A stretch of 58,236 nt of DNA. Source: Candidatus Micrarchaeota archaeon. GTDB lineage: Archaea > Micrarchaeota > Micrarchaeia > Micrarchaeales > CABMGC01. Where the stretch lies: contig JAJYVZ010000001.1 of NCBI GenBank assembly GCA_021791725.1, forward strand, positions 1 to 58,236. Reading direction: 5' to 3'. The notes beneath the pieces were generated by a model that had not been told where the DNA came from, did not search any database, and saw only the letters and a list, made by a program, of their open reading frames with translations. Made by a program: the position numbers and the translations under genes. How positions within the stretch are numbered: the stretch's first letter is position 1; each line of letters opens with the position of its first letter. Positions 36,892 through 45,600 of this stretch are shown piece after piece.

Positions 36892-38631
36892 CTAGCTCTG
36901 CTTTGAAATCGCGTTCTTCTTCACAGCTATCCTTATCTCGGAGTCAAGCCTGCCCAGTGTCTTGTCGCTCATGTTCAGGTATCTCATGTGCTCTATTACC
37001 GTTGGGTGCACTTTCTTTGCCGCAATGGCCATCTGCTGAACTAACTTCCTGTAATCAGGATGGCCCTGCTGGGACGATCTCAGCTCGCACAGGTGATAGA
37101 GCTGCCTCGCGTTCAGCCTGTAGTACCAGCTGATGTCGAAGCCGAACGTGACCGCGTACTGCGCCTGGTGCGGCAAGATGGAATGCAGTTTTTGATAAAG
37201 CGACTTTACGTCTGACATCTTCTGCCTGTAATCGTCTTCTATCCCTATCTCCCCGAATGCCGGTCTCGTCTCGTAGCCGTGGACTATGCTGAAGTTCTGG
37301 CGTTCCTGCGTGCCTATCCTGTGCCTCTGTATGTCCCTGTATATTCCTATCCTGCCGTTAAGGTCGAATAGGTATTCAACATTCTCAAATGCCCTGCCCG
37401 GCTTATGCCTCCTATTCGCCCGCGGCCCCACATATGCGGCAATAAGTCCCTTCCTGCCGGCTTCGCCCATACTCTTCGCCCTTTCCATTGCCTCTTTCAT
37501 GCCAAGGCCGTCGGAGAATGTGTAGAGTATCGGACCGGATATCGCTATCTGCGCCTTATGGTCCGCATTGTCCGAGCCTTCTCCGGTATAGTCGACAAGC
37601 GCGACGCTGTCTGTGACGGGCTTTGGATCGACTTTCAGCGCATTGACAAAAGAACCAGCATTCTCCCTTCTCTCCTTCATGAAATTCTGCATGGCTAATC
37701 CGTGTTCCTCGTCAACCCTCTTGAGTAGAGAGGGCGCAATATTCCTCATCTCAGAGAGTATCCTCTTCCCAAGCGTCCTTGCCTCGCCCAGCCCTGAGGA
37801 CATGAGCTTATGGACGAGATTCTCGTATGACCTTGCATCCATGCTCACCCCGACATGTGTAAGCGTAGACATCGGAAGGTAGTCCCTCAGGAAGTCAAGC
37901 GCATTTGCCCTTATGGCGTTCTCATACGCCTTCCTCAGATCTTCCTCTGTGGCGCCATAGGCTTCAAAATCACCATTCCTCATCTCTGTTATCTTCTTTG
38001 AGCTCTCCCCGAACCTGAAGCTGATGCCGTTTATCGGGTTCGTATTCCTTATGTAGCCTATCATCCTATCCATGTTGGCAGAGTACGAGCTAAACAGCCC
38101 GTGCATAAGATCCAGATAATCCCCCGAATATCTCGAATCCATTATGTCAGGATCTTTGTAGAACATGTATTCTCCGTTTGGGAGCTTCTTGTCGAATGGG
38201 ACATACCTGGTCGATTTCTCTATGTAAGAGCCAAGCCTGCAGTCCTCTATCTCCTTTACCGCAAGGTTGGATATGAACTCGCACGACAGCGGAAGCCCTC
38301 CTGCCATCTCCTGTATCGAGTCGTCGCCGTAATCCACAAGCCATGCGTCGAAGAATTCCCTTCCGCGATCCTTGTTCGGATAGAACTCCTTGAGGAACAG
38401 CCTTCTGCCTGTAAGGGACGTCCTGCTGTATCTCGAAAGCAGCGCGCCGACCTGTTCGTGCGTAAGGTTCTCGGATACCTTCCACGCGAAAACGTTGCTT
38501 GTGGCGTTGGTTATGTTCCTGTCAAGTATTTTTGCTTCTTCGTCATTGAAATGTTCGATTTGAATATCTTCTTTGTAGGAACTTATTGTATAATCTGCGC
38601 TCAAGGAATCAACAATCTTAGGGTTAAACAC
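36892..38631 (-). CDS. thyX: Long (579 aa) ThyX-like FAD-dependent thymidylate synthase, two-domain form
   Basis: A C-terminal-half IQRHRIGTQERQ (RHR motif) and an N-terminal-half degenerate LLSRYSRTS. Convergent with glyA. GTG start. Confidence 0.7.
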   Translation of the reverse strand: MFNPKIVDSLSADYTISSYKEDIQIEHFNDEEAKILDRNITNATSNVFAWKVSENLTHEQVGALLSRYSRTSLTGRRLFLKEFYPNKDRGREFFDAWLVDYGDDSIQEMAGGLPLSCEFISNLAVKEIEDCRLGSYIEKSTRYVPFDKKLPNGEYMFYKDPDIMDSRYSGDYLDLMHGLFSSYSANMDRMIGYIRNTNPINGISFRFGESSKKITEMRNGDFEAYGATEEDLRKAYENAIRANALDFLRDYLPMSTLTHVGVSMDARSYENLVHKLMSSGLGEARTLGKRILSEMRNIAPSLLKRVDEEHGLAMQNFMKERRENAGSFVNALKVDPKPVTDSVALVDYTGEGSDNADHKAQIAISGPILYTFSDGLGMKEAMERAKSMGEAGRKGLIAAYVGPRANRRHKPGRAFENVEYLFDLNGRIGIYRDIQRHRIGTQERQNFSIVHGYETRPAFGEIGIEDDYRQKMSDVKSLYQKLHSILPHQAQYAVTFGFDISWYYRLNARQLYHLCELRSSQQGHPDYRKLVQQMAIAAKKVHPTVIEHMRYLNMSDKTLGRLDSEIRIAVKKNAISKQS

Positions 38632-38656
38632 GTATTTATACGGTTCGATTTTTATT

Positions 38657-38729
38657 TAGCCCCGGTCGGATTCGAACCGGCGTGTGTGGGTCCAAAGCCC
38701 ACTATCCTTGGCCACTAGATGACGGGGCT
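38657..38729 (-). tRNA. tRNA-Gln (anticodon UUG)
   Basis: Acceptor stem is AGCCCCG/CGGGGCT plus A. The anticodon arm is GTGGG-CTTTGGA-CCCAC. The T arm is GCCGG-TTCGAAT-CCGAC with one C-A mismatch. Length 73 nt, no CCA encoded. Confidence 0.8.
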
Positions 38730-38775
38730 GACTAAGATTATCAAATGGCAGAATATGCTTATATTCGTTCGGGGT

Positions 38776-39180
38776 TCAAAGACGTTTCGTCTTTTCGTCG
38801 ATTCCCTTATGCCCATATTCTAATACTGCTTTCTTCACCGCCTTGAGGGACAGCGTAGCGCAGTGAAGCCTTGCCGCTCCCGGATCTATCCCTATTATCC
38901 CGAATAACTCTTCCTTCCCCAATCCCTCTATATCTCCAAGCGCCTTGCCCTTTATGAAATCCGTGAGAATGCTCGCGCTTCCCATGCTTATCGCGCAGCC
39001 GCTTCCCTCGAACTTGACATCCCTTACCTTGCCGTCTTCTATCTTTATGTACAGGTCTATCTCGTCGCCGCACGATGGATTGTCCTCGTGCATGGAGGCG
39101 CTTGAATCTTCCATCTTTCCCTTATTGTGCGGCTTCTCGTAGTGCCTTATGAGGTTCTCTGCATACATGTCCAATGGCAT
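38776..39180 (-). CDS. IscU/SufU-type Fe-S cluster scaffold protein
   Basis: NPSCGDEIDLYIK, FEGSGCAISMGSAS and RLHCATLSLKAV, which carry the conserved Cys ligands. Confidence 0.85.
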   Translation of the reverse strand: MPLDMYAENLIRHYEKPHNKGKMEDSSASMHEDNPSCGDEIDLYIKIEDGKVRDVKFEGSGCAISMGSASILTDFIKGKALGDIEGLGKEELFGIIGIDPGAARLHCATLSLKAVKKAVLEYGHKGIDEKTKRL

Positions 39181-39184
39181 TTTG

Positions 39185-39763
39185 TCAAGCCTTGTTAGTG
39201 GCGAATCTGTCCCTTATCTTCAGCACACCCGTGACGCTTGCGTATATGCGCCAGCATGTGCCGTTTATCCTGTCCTTGAGCCTTAAGAGCGCAAGCATGG
39301 CCACCGTGCTTATTGCCATGCCCGCAATGACATCGGTCAGGTAATGCTGGCCAAGATAGATCCTTCCGAACAGCACCAGGGCAAGCCAGATTATATATAG
39401 GATTCTCAGATATTTATAGTTTTTCGTGAGAAAGGCCAGTCCTGTGAGTGTAGTCGCATGGTTGCTGGGGAAGGAGAAGCCCGCTTCGCAGCCAACATGG
39501 TTTATCCACGACAGATCGCTGACCGAGCATGGCCTGGGTTCCTGAACCAAGAGTTTCAGCAACTCTCCGATGACGACCAGAGCAACAGCAGAGACTGCAA
39601 ATAAGAAGACGTTCCTGTCCTTCTTATAATAAAGATAAATTGCAATGGCTGGAAGCACAAGATAAAAGCTCTCTGCAAGATATGCCATCACCGTATTGAG
39701 CTGCGGGCTTGCCAGGTATCCGACAAGCCTGAATGCCTCTGCGTTAAGGGCGCTGAGATACAT
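39185..39763 (-). CDS. PAP2-family membrane phosphatase
   Basis: KLLVQEPRP, SFPSNHAT and GRIYLGQHYLTDV, the three PAP2 motifs. Confidence 0.8.
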   Translation of the reverse strand: MYLSALNAEAFRLVGYLASPQLNTVMAYLAESFYLVLPAIAIYLYYKKDRNVFLFAVSAVALVVIGELLKLLVQEPRPCSVSDLSWINHVGCEAGFSFPSNHATTLTGLAFLTKNYKYLRILYIIWLALVLFGRIYLGQHYLTDVIAGMAISTVAMLALLRLKDRINGTCWRIYASVTGVLKIRDRFATNKA

Positions 39764-39808
39764 TTATCCACTCTGATATTCTTTCAGAACAGAATAAAAA
39801 CATGTGCG

Positions 39809-40609
39809 TCAGGGGAGCTGCGCGTTTTCTTGTTGTACCATGTGCTGGCCCTGTTCCATCCCTTTCGTGATTCCCAGACCCCAGCCGTACCTGTCCAGCC
39901 ATCTGCTGGCTTCCCTGTGGTTCGGCATCGCTTCTTCTACCGCCTTCCAGAACATCTTTGAATGGCCCCTGTTCTTTGTGTGCGCAAGCTCGTGCACTAT
40001 CACGCTATCGAGTACGTATGCAGGCGCGAAGAGCAGCTTGAAGTCTAGGTTTATTGAGTTTTTCGCAGAGCAGCTGCCCCACCTGCTTGACGTATCCTTC
40101 AGCGATATCCTGTCTATCCTTGAGTTGAAGTGTTTCTTGTTTATCTCGTCTATGTGCATGGCAAGGCATGGCATTATCGCTCTTGTTATTACCATGCGCG
40201 AGATGTATGTCACATGCTTTCTCTTTATCTTTTCGGGCAGTGCGGCCGGAATACTGATCTCCACCGTCTCTCCATCGAGTCTTCCCGAGGAAGACTTCCT
40301 TTCCGTTTCCTTTACAGTTATCCTGAAGATGCTGCCAAGTATTGTTACAGTTTCCCCGTCATTGAACTCAAGGGGCCTCTTCCTCCCGAAGTATGGCCCA
40401 TTCTTCTCAATCTTCTTCAATATCCTGCTCTTCAGGCTTGCGAGCCACTTCTCGCTTTCTAATTCGTTGAGATATGCCGGTATGGATATGATTATGTCGC
40501 CTTCTACGACCTTTGCGTATCCGGACCTGGAATTTGACAAGATATGCCTTATATTATACGTTATGCCGTTGACAGTTGCAACGTTTCCGCCCGGTGACCG
40601 TGTTTCCAT
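39809..40609 (-). CDS. YgjP-like (DUF45) zinc metallohydrolase
   Basis: SRWGSCSAKNSINLDFKLLFAP...VIVHELAHTKNRGHSKMFW. The 277-aa antisense ORF lacks any motif. Confidence 0.8.
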   Translation of the reverse strand: METRSPGGNVATVNGITYNIRHILSNSRSGYAKVVEGDIIISIPAYLNELESEKWLASLKSRILKKIEKNGPYFGRKRPLEFNDGETVTILGSIFRITVKETERKSSSGRLDGETVEISIPAALPEKIKRKHVTYISRMVITRAIMPCLAMHIDEINKKHFNSRIDRISLKDTSSRWGSCSAKNSINLDFKLLFAPAYVLDSVIVHELAHTKNRGHSKMFWKAVEEAMPNHREASRWLDRYGWGLGITKGMEQGQHMVQQENAQLP

Positions 40610-40633
40610 GATTAGTTTTTATCGCTGCAGTTT

Positions 40634-41533
40634 TTAAATATTATCCAACCGATTGAACCTAATGCAACCGGCAACGATAAAGTTGTAGCCAAATCCGCTA
40701 TCTGATAGCTTTTCGTAGTCGCCAAAAATCCCGGTGGTAGGATCTGCATAATATCGCTTGTTGGATATGTCTACCATCAGGGCCGCATGAAGATCAGTTG
40801 TTGATGGGTCTTTATCCCTAAGTATTAGGATGGTTGGTTTAAGCCCTTCGGCCATCATTAATACCGAACACACCATCGCTTGACCCTTGCACACCTCCTT
40901 GCCACTTTCAATTATCTCGTCAAGGCTTGCTATGTCATAATACGATAAAGATGGAATAGCTTCAATAGCTTCCCTATCATACTTAATCGTCATATTGACA
41001 AATAACGTGACGGCGGCAGCCCTGAGAACTTTCTCCTCGTTAATATAACCCATACGCATGCCTTTGACGCTTGCGGTTTTTCGATTGGAACGTATGAACC
41101 TTTCGAATTCCTCGCGTGCATACCTCCTATAGAAACTTTCGAATTCCTCGTGTGTTTTTACGATCCTTTCGCTGTTGAAATTCGGCACCGCGATGCTGCC
41201 ATTTTCAAACGGGATTATGCTTCCCTCTTCTATGATTTTCTCTTTACAGTATTCAATCACCGGCTCTTTACTGGATTCCTCTTGCGCTATCACGTTTAGT
41301 TGTGGAAGCGGGTGAAACTTTAAGAATCCGATGCATCTTTCAACTGTGAGGCCTGTGTAAAATCTTTTGATTGTATCCTCTTCTATGCCGGTTCTCCTTG
41401 CGACGCCCTTTATCTCATCGGCGGTCCAGCGTGCTTTGTGCTCTTTTTTTATCAACATGCCCATTGTACATCTCCCGCTTTCTCCATTATCCTGTGCCTT
41501 CCCATTCGTATAAACATGCGTTTCGGAGTTCAT
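40634..41533 (-). CDS. Hypothetical protein with C-terminal transglutaminase-like Cys-His-Asp core (paralog 1)
   Basis: VCKGQAMVCSVLMMAEGLKP...LHAALMVDISNKRYYADPTTG. It shares an N-terminal block with the next gene (VARRTGIEEDTIKRFY; IEEGSIIPFENGSIAVPNF). Confidence 0.55.
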   Translation of the reverse strand: MNSETHVYTNGKAQDNGESGRCTMGMLIKKEHKARWTADEIKGVARRTGIEEDTIKRFYTGLTVERCIGFLKFHPLPQLNVIAQEESSKEPVIEYCKEKIIEEGSIIPFENGSIAVPNFNSERIVKTHEEFESFYRRYAREEFERFIRSNRKTASVKGMRMGYINEEKVLRAAAVTLFVNMTIKYDREAIEAIPSLSYYDIASLDEIIESGKEVCKGQAMVCSVLMMAEGLKPTILILRDKDPSTTDLHAALMVDISNKRYYADPTTGIFGDYEKLSDSGFGYNFIVAGCIRFNRLDNI

Positions 41534-41708
41534 GGAATCGTCTATGATATATTGCCAGTATGCCTCTTAACTTGTAAGCTTTTTTAGGCTCCATCTAATC
41601 TATATCGCCATTTATAATTATGTGTCTTTCCGCGATTCGCCCCCCTTTTCGTCCCTGAAAAGAACCTTTTAAAGGTGGAATATCCCGTTCATGTTGTTAA
41701 ATCCTATT

Positions 41709-42719
41709 TTACGGATCCAACACCACGATTGTGACAGGTAAGTATTTTTCGGCATATGCGTTGGCCGTTGCAGAACCTCCGAATATACCCAAGCTAGGGT
41801 CGGCAATGTATATCTTCCCTCCTATTTCAACTTCCAGCCATGCATGGCCTATCCTCGTTTTCTTAGATATACCTGCGGTCATCTTTGAATTAATGCCCTC
41901 TAATTTCATGAGAGCAAATAGCACTGATGACAGGTCTTTGCAGCATCCTGTATTGTCTTCTATTATTTCGTCTATGCCGGCAATTTCATAAAAGCGAAAG
42001 TAATTTCTGGCCATGTGTATCATCTTTTCGTCTACGAACTTTGTCAGAGCTATGGCTTTGAACACGTTTTCGGCGTCTGCCACGGTCAACATTTCCTTGT
42101 ATGATCCTCTTTTGTGTCCTTGCCCATAATCGATAGCCATTTGAATGCGCATTTCCGATGTCAATAATTCATATGCGTTTTTGAATTCTTTGTGCATATC
42201 CGCGAGTTTTGGGCTGCTAAAACTTGGAAAAGCTATGCTGCCGTTGAGGCATACAAATATGTTCCCTTCCTCGATATCCCTCTTGGATGTGAGTGTTGCG
42301 TGTTGAGGAAGATATGTTTCTGCAGACGACATAATGTTGAATACTGGGAAGGGGTAGAATTCCAGAAGGATAGAGCAGTCATTTATGTTGTGATATAAGT
42401 AGAAAGAACGGATTGTTTCCTCTTTCATTCCCGTTCTCCTTGCGACGCGTTTTATATCTTCTGTGTCTGTGCAGCTCTTGCCGAACCAGTTAACTAATAC
42501 GTTGGCGTAGGGTATTATTATTTCCGCGTAGTCTTTTCTCAGACCTCTTTTGCATTTCCGTATGTCTATGTATTTCGTTTGCGTTTCTGGTTGGCACTGC
42601 GCCTGCGGATTGCCGATTCTGGAAGCCGTGCCGGTATCCCCTCTTATGCATGCCTTCCCTGCCCTCTCGAATATATTCTTTACCTGCGAGGGATTGGCCG
42701 TCTCTCCTCTGTACCACAT
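41709..42719 (-). CDS. Hypothetical protein with C-terminal transglutaminase-like Cys-His-Asp core (paralog 2)
   Basis: GCCKDLSSVLFALMKLEGINS...IGHAWLEVEIGGKIYIADPSLG. The paralogous N-terminal blocks are VARRTGMKEETIRSFY and IEEGNIFVCLNGSIAFPSF. Confidence 0.55.
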   Translation of the reverse strand: MWYRGETANPSQVKNIFERAGKACIRGDTGTASRIGNPQAQCQPETQTKYIDIRKCKRGLRKDYAEIIIPYANVLVNWFGKSCTDTEDIKRVARRTGMKEETIRSFYLYHNINDCSILLEFYPFPVFNIMSSAETYLPQHATLTSKRDIEEGNIFVCLNGSIAFPSFSSPKLADMHKEFKNAYELLTSEMRIQMAIDYGQGHKRGSYKEMLTVADAENVFKAIALTKFVDEKMIHMARNYFRFYEIAGIDEIIEDNTGCCKDLSSVLFALMKLEGINSKMTAGISKKTRIGHAWLEVEIGGKIYIADPSLGIFGGSATANAYAEKYLPVTIVVLDP

Positions 42720-42833
42720 TTATTGCACCGCACAATTAGCCCATTCAACGTATTTAAGGGTTGTTGCGGGTTTCGTCTATTGGGCAGCCGATACGTCTTT
42801 TATTGTCAGCAGGCATCGCCTTTGCCTTTCTGT

Positions 42834-43838
42834 TCATCTCTCGCTCTTTGCGGCCCAGTATGCCTCATCCGAGATGGCAAGCATCCTGTCTGCCTCTCTC
42901 TCAGCATCGGCAATGTCCTTGAAATAGAATGACAGAACATAGGTCATGGAGGAATCGGCCATCTGGACGAGCTTCACCTCGGGAACGTGGCTCTCCTTTG
43001 CCTGCATGCCTGCCTTACCGTACTCTGAACCTATCTTCTTGGCTAACATGCTCTTAAACCTTGAGGACCTGACGTCGCGCCTTATGCTTATGCTCATGTT
43101 GTAATTATACAGCCCTTCCTGGTCGGGCTCCAGTTTTGTTATAATGGTGCTGTTCAGCAGTATAGTGTTTGGTATCTTTGTTATCGAACCGTGCAATACG
43201 CGTATCTGGGTGAAGACCGGGCCCACCTGCCTGACTCTGCCAAACTTAGGATTTGCCACACCCCAGACCCAGGAATCGAGGACCACCATATCTCCCGCCT
43301 TGAGATTCCTAGATGTGGTTATCAGGGCACCGGAGAGCACTATTGGGGTTATGGTCTGCAATGCAAGGCCCGCTACTACACCGCCCACTGCTCCTCCGAC
43401 CAGGAGATTCTGAATGCTGACCCCAAGAATGGAGAGTATTATGGCCATAAGTATAAGGAAAGCCAGTATCTGGAACGTAGACTTCAGGATACCTGGTTTT
43501 GGCATGCCTTTTTTGTATATGAACCTGTCGACAATGTGCGTTATCGTCCTTATAAGCACAAAGCCCACAGAGAATCCTGTCACTATTATGGCTATGTCGT
43601 AGAAATAAGCAACGTATCCGGAGAGGCCATGGAAGGCGTTTGCCTGTAGGTACTGCACAACAAGATACATCAGAAACGCAAGCACTGTTATCGATACGGC
43701 AACCTCCCATTCCTTCAATATGGCTCTTTTGGAGTTCTCGTGTGGCATATAGTAAGATATCCATATAAGATTTATATATCGTGCGTCTTCTGTTGATTGA
43801 AGGCGCGTAAAGTTTGAGGTTTCGTCGAACGCTTCCAA
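42834..43838 (-). CDS. MscS-family mechanosensitive channel
   Basis: TM segments are followed by LKAGDMVVLDS...GRVRQVGPVFTQIRVLHGSITKIPNTILLNSTIITK. TTG start, with an alternative ATG at 43748. Confidence 0.8.
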   Translation of the reverse strand: MEAFDETSNFTRLQSTEDARYINLIWISYYMPHENSKRAILKEWEVAVSITVLAFLMYLVVQYLQANAFHGLSGYVAYFYDIAIIVTGFSVGFVLIRTITHIVDRFIYKKGMPKPGILKSTFQILAFLILMAIILSILGVSIQNLLVGGAVGGVVAGLALQTITPIVLSGALITTSRNLKAGDMVVLDSWVWGVANPKFGRVRQVGPVFTQIRVLHGSITKIPNTILLNSTIITKLEPDQEGLYNYNMSISIRRDVRSSRFKSMLAKKIGSEYGKAGMQAKESHVPEVKLVQMADSSMTYVLSFYFKDIADAEREADRMLAISDEAYWAAKSER

Positions 43839-43842
43839 GTGC

Positions 43843-43912
43843 TAGGATAATGGAAGAGATAGGGGGGATAGCGGGTTCTGCATGCCTGCGAAGCCCTGTC
43901 CCAGAGGCGATG
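43843..43912. repeat. 70-bp direct repeat, copy 1 (identical to 45355-45424)
   Basis: Letter-by-letter identical: TAGGATAATGGAAGAGATAGGGGGGATAGCGGGTTCTGCATGCCTGCGAAGCCCTGTCCCAGAGGCGATG. It contains the long imperfect hairpin GGGATAG-C-GG-G-TTC ... GAA-G-CC-CTGTCCC. Confidence 0.95.
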
Positions 43913-43984
43913 CGCGCTGGAGAGTACCGGCTTCCCTACTATCCGGAGTTAAGGAAATGCACAGAATTACATTATCCTTAGTGT

Positions 43985-44031
43985 GTTAGTATAGTAATAC
44001 ACAAAATATAAATATGTATTAGTGTACTAAT
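43985..44031 (+). promoter_or_regulatory. A/T-rich TATA-like box flanked by an imperfect 16-nt inverted repeat upstream of the ATPase gene
   Basis: GTTAGTATAGTAATAC (43985-44000) and GTATTAGTGTACTAAT (44016-44031) match 13 of 16 as an inverted repeat. They flank AAAATATAAATAT, and the ATG is at 44038. Confidence 0.35.
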
Positions 44032-44037
44032 ATACAT

Positions 44038-45354
44038 ATGGAAGGACATATTATTGAAGAGATAATTGAAGAATTTGAAAAAGATCCGCTGCCCAAGTTT
44101 ATTAAAAGAGAACTGGACATACCTCTTAATTCCACCAGGGCAGTGACAATAATAGGGCTTAGACGATCCGGCAAGACTTTTTACCTATACCAGACCATTG
44201 AAAAACTGCTTAATGAAGGGATAGATAAAAGCAGGATAATTTACATAAATTTTGAGGATGAAAGGCTACTTGATTTCAAAACAGAGGATTTCACAAAAAT
44301 TATAGAGCTTTACCACAAAAGAAACCAAGACGGGAAGATAGGCTATCTCTTTTTTGACGAGATCCAGAACATCCGTGGCTGGGAAACGTTTATAAGGAGA
44401 ATTCTGGAAAAAGGGAAGTTTAGGATCTTTATTACCGGTTCCTCAGCAAAACTTCTCAGTGCGGAGATAGCCACTGGGCTCAGGGGAAGAAGTCTTTCTT
44501 TTCATCTCCTTCCTCTCTCCTTTAAGGAATTTTTAGCATTGCGAGACGGCAAACACAAAGCCCCCTTTACCGAGAAAGGCAAAGGCGCCCTGGGAAAACT
44601 GCTTGAAGAATATATGGCTTTTGGCGGATTCCCCGAAGTAGGCACATTTGAAAAAGAACTGAGGATAAGGCTTCTCAGTGACTATCTCGATATGATAATT
44701 TATAGGGATATAGTTGAAAGATATGAGGTGAAACGGTTAAATGCGCTTAAATTTCTTATAAAAACCCTTTCTGCCAATTATGCAAAGGAACTTTCATTGA
44801 GAAAATTGTATAACTTCTTTGTATCTTCTGGTAAGAGATTGGGGAAAAGCAAGCTATATGAATACTTTTCATATCTGGAAGATATTGGCTTTGTATTCCT
44901 TTTAAGAAAATTCGGATACGGAATAAGGGAGACCGAGGGAAGCATTCCCAAAGCATATATATCAGACACAGGATTTGCCGCTGTCGCGGGAGACGCGGAT
45001 AGGTCAAGACTGCTTGAGAACATAGTAGCACAAGAACTGTTAAGGAAAAGATATTACTGGAATCCACTGGAAGAAATTTTTTATTGGAAAGATATTAATG
45101 GGTGGGAAGTCGATTTTGTAGTAAAAGAAAAAAGGGACGTAAAGCAAATAATACAAGTGGTATATGCTGTTAGCGACCCGAATACAATGGAAAGAGAAAC
45201 CAGGTCTTTGGTAAAGGCTAGCAAAGAACTTAAGTGTAGCAATGCGCTAGTAATCACTTTTGATTATGAAGGAAGAAAAAATAAGGACGATCTTGATATC
45301 GCTTTTGTTCCGTTATGGAAATGGCTATTAGAATCACATGAAACTTCCCATTGA
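44038..45354 (+). CDS. AAA-family ATPase with DUF4143-type C-terminal domain (COG1373-like)
   Basis: IIGLRRSGKTF Walker A, YLFFDEIQ Walker B, a C-terminal EVDFVV... restriction-endonuclease-like segment. Length about 440 aa. Confidence 0.85.
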   Translation: MEGHIIEEIIEEFEKDPLPKFIKRELDIPLNSTRAVTIIGLRRSGKTFYLYQTIEKLLNEGIDKSRIIYINFEDERLLDFKTEDFTKIIELYHKRNQDGKIGYLFFDEIQNIRGWETFIRRILEKGKFRIFITGSSAKLLSAEIATGLRGRSLSFHLLPLSFKEFLALRDGKHKAPFTEKGKGALGKLLEEYMAFGGFPEVGTFEKELRIRLLSDYLDMIIYRDIVERYEVKRLNALKFLIKTLSANYAKELSLRKLYNFFVSSGKRLGKSKLYEYFSYLEDIGFVFLLRKFGYGIRETEGSIPKAYISDTGFAAVAGDADRSRLLENIVAQELLRKRYYWNPLEEIFYWKDINGWEVDFVVKEKRDVKQIIQVVYAVSDPNTMERETRSLVKASKELKCSNALVITFDYEGRKNKDDLDIAFVPLWKWLLESHETSH

Positions 45355-45424
45355 TAGGATAATGGAAGAGATAGGGGGGATAGCGGGTTCTGCATGCCTG
45401 CGAAGCCCTGTCCCAGAGGCGATG
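45355..45424. repeat. 70-bp direct repeat, copy 2 (identical to 43843-43912)
   Basis: It starts on the base after the ATPase stop codon. About 15 further bp show degenerate similarity (GGAGAGTA[C/T]C[G/A]G). Confidence 0.95.
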
Positions 45425-45600
45425 AGGGAGAGTATCAGATTTTGAATAAGAAACTTACGGCCGCATGTACCAACAGGCCATTGGCTTATGCGCGGCACCT
45501 GTTGAGGTTCAGCCGTTGCCGCATATGCTTTGGGCACAGCTCCCACCCGGCCAGACGGCAATGTTCCTGCGGTCCGGATGCAACTCCGGCCTGCCTATCT
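45369..45600 (-). ncRNA. Candidate structured RNA, possibly a reduced RNase P RNA
   Basis: This is a GC-rich spacer. The ends are complementary: AGAUAGG at the 5' end and CCUAUCU at the 3' end. GCAGAACCCGCUAU (45393-45380) resembles CR-V. AUA-U-GCGG (45526-45519) can pair with CCGCUAU in a P4-like geometry with a bulged U. There are several internal hairpins. CR-I is not conserved, so identity is uncertain. Confidence 0.35.

Noticed and set aside
43843-43960. The 70-bp repeat and its flank as a 5S rRNA gene. AUAGCGG, GGAGAGUACCGG and GCCUCUGGGA strings resemble parts of archaeal 5S.
   Set aside because: The loop C signature (CCGAAC...GUUAAGC in the right place) is absent, the length is wrong (about 90 nt between possible helix I strands), and no consistent five-helix fold emerges on either strand.
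45369-45600. The GC-rich spacer RNA as SRP (7S) RNA.
   Set aside because: It lacks the helix 8 CAGG-CCCGGAAGGGAGCA-type motif with a GNAR tetraloop. The 5' and 3' ends do not form the long helix 5. At about 230 nt it is shorter than archaeal SRP RNA.
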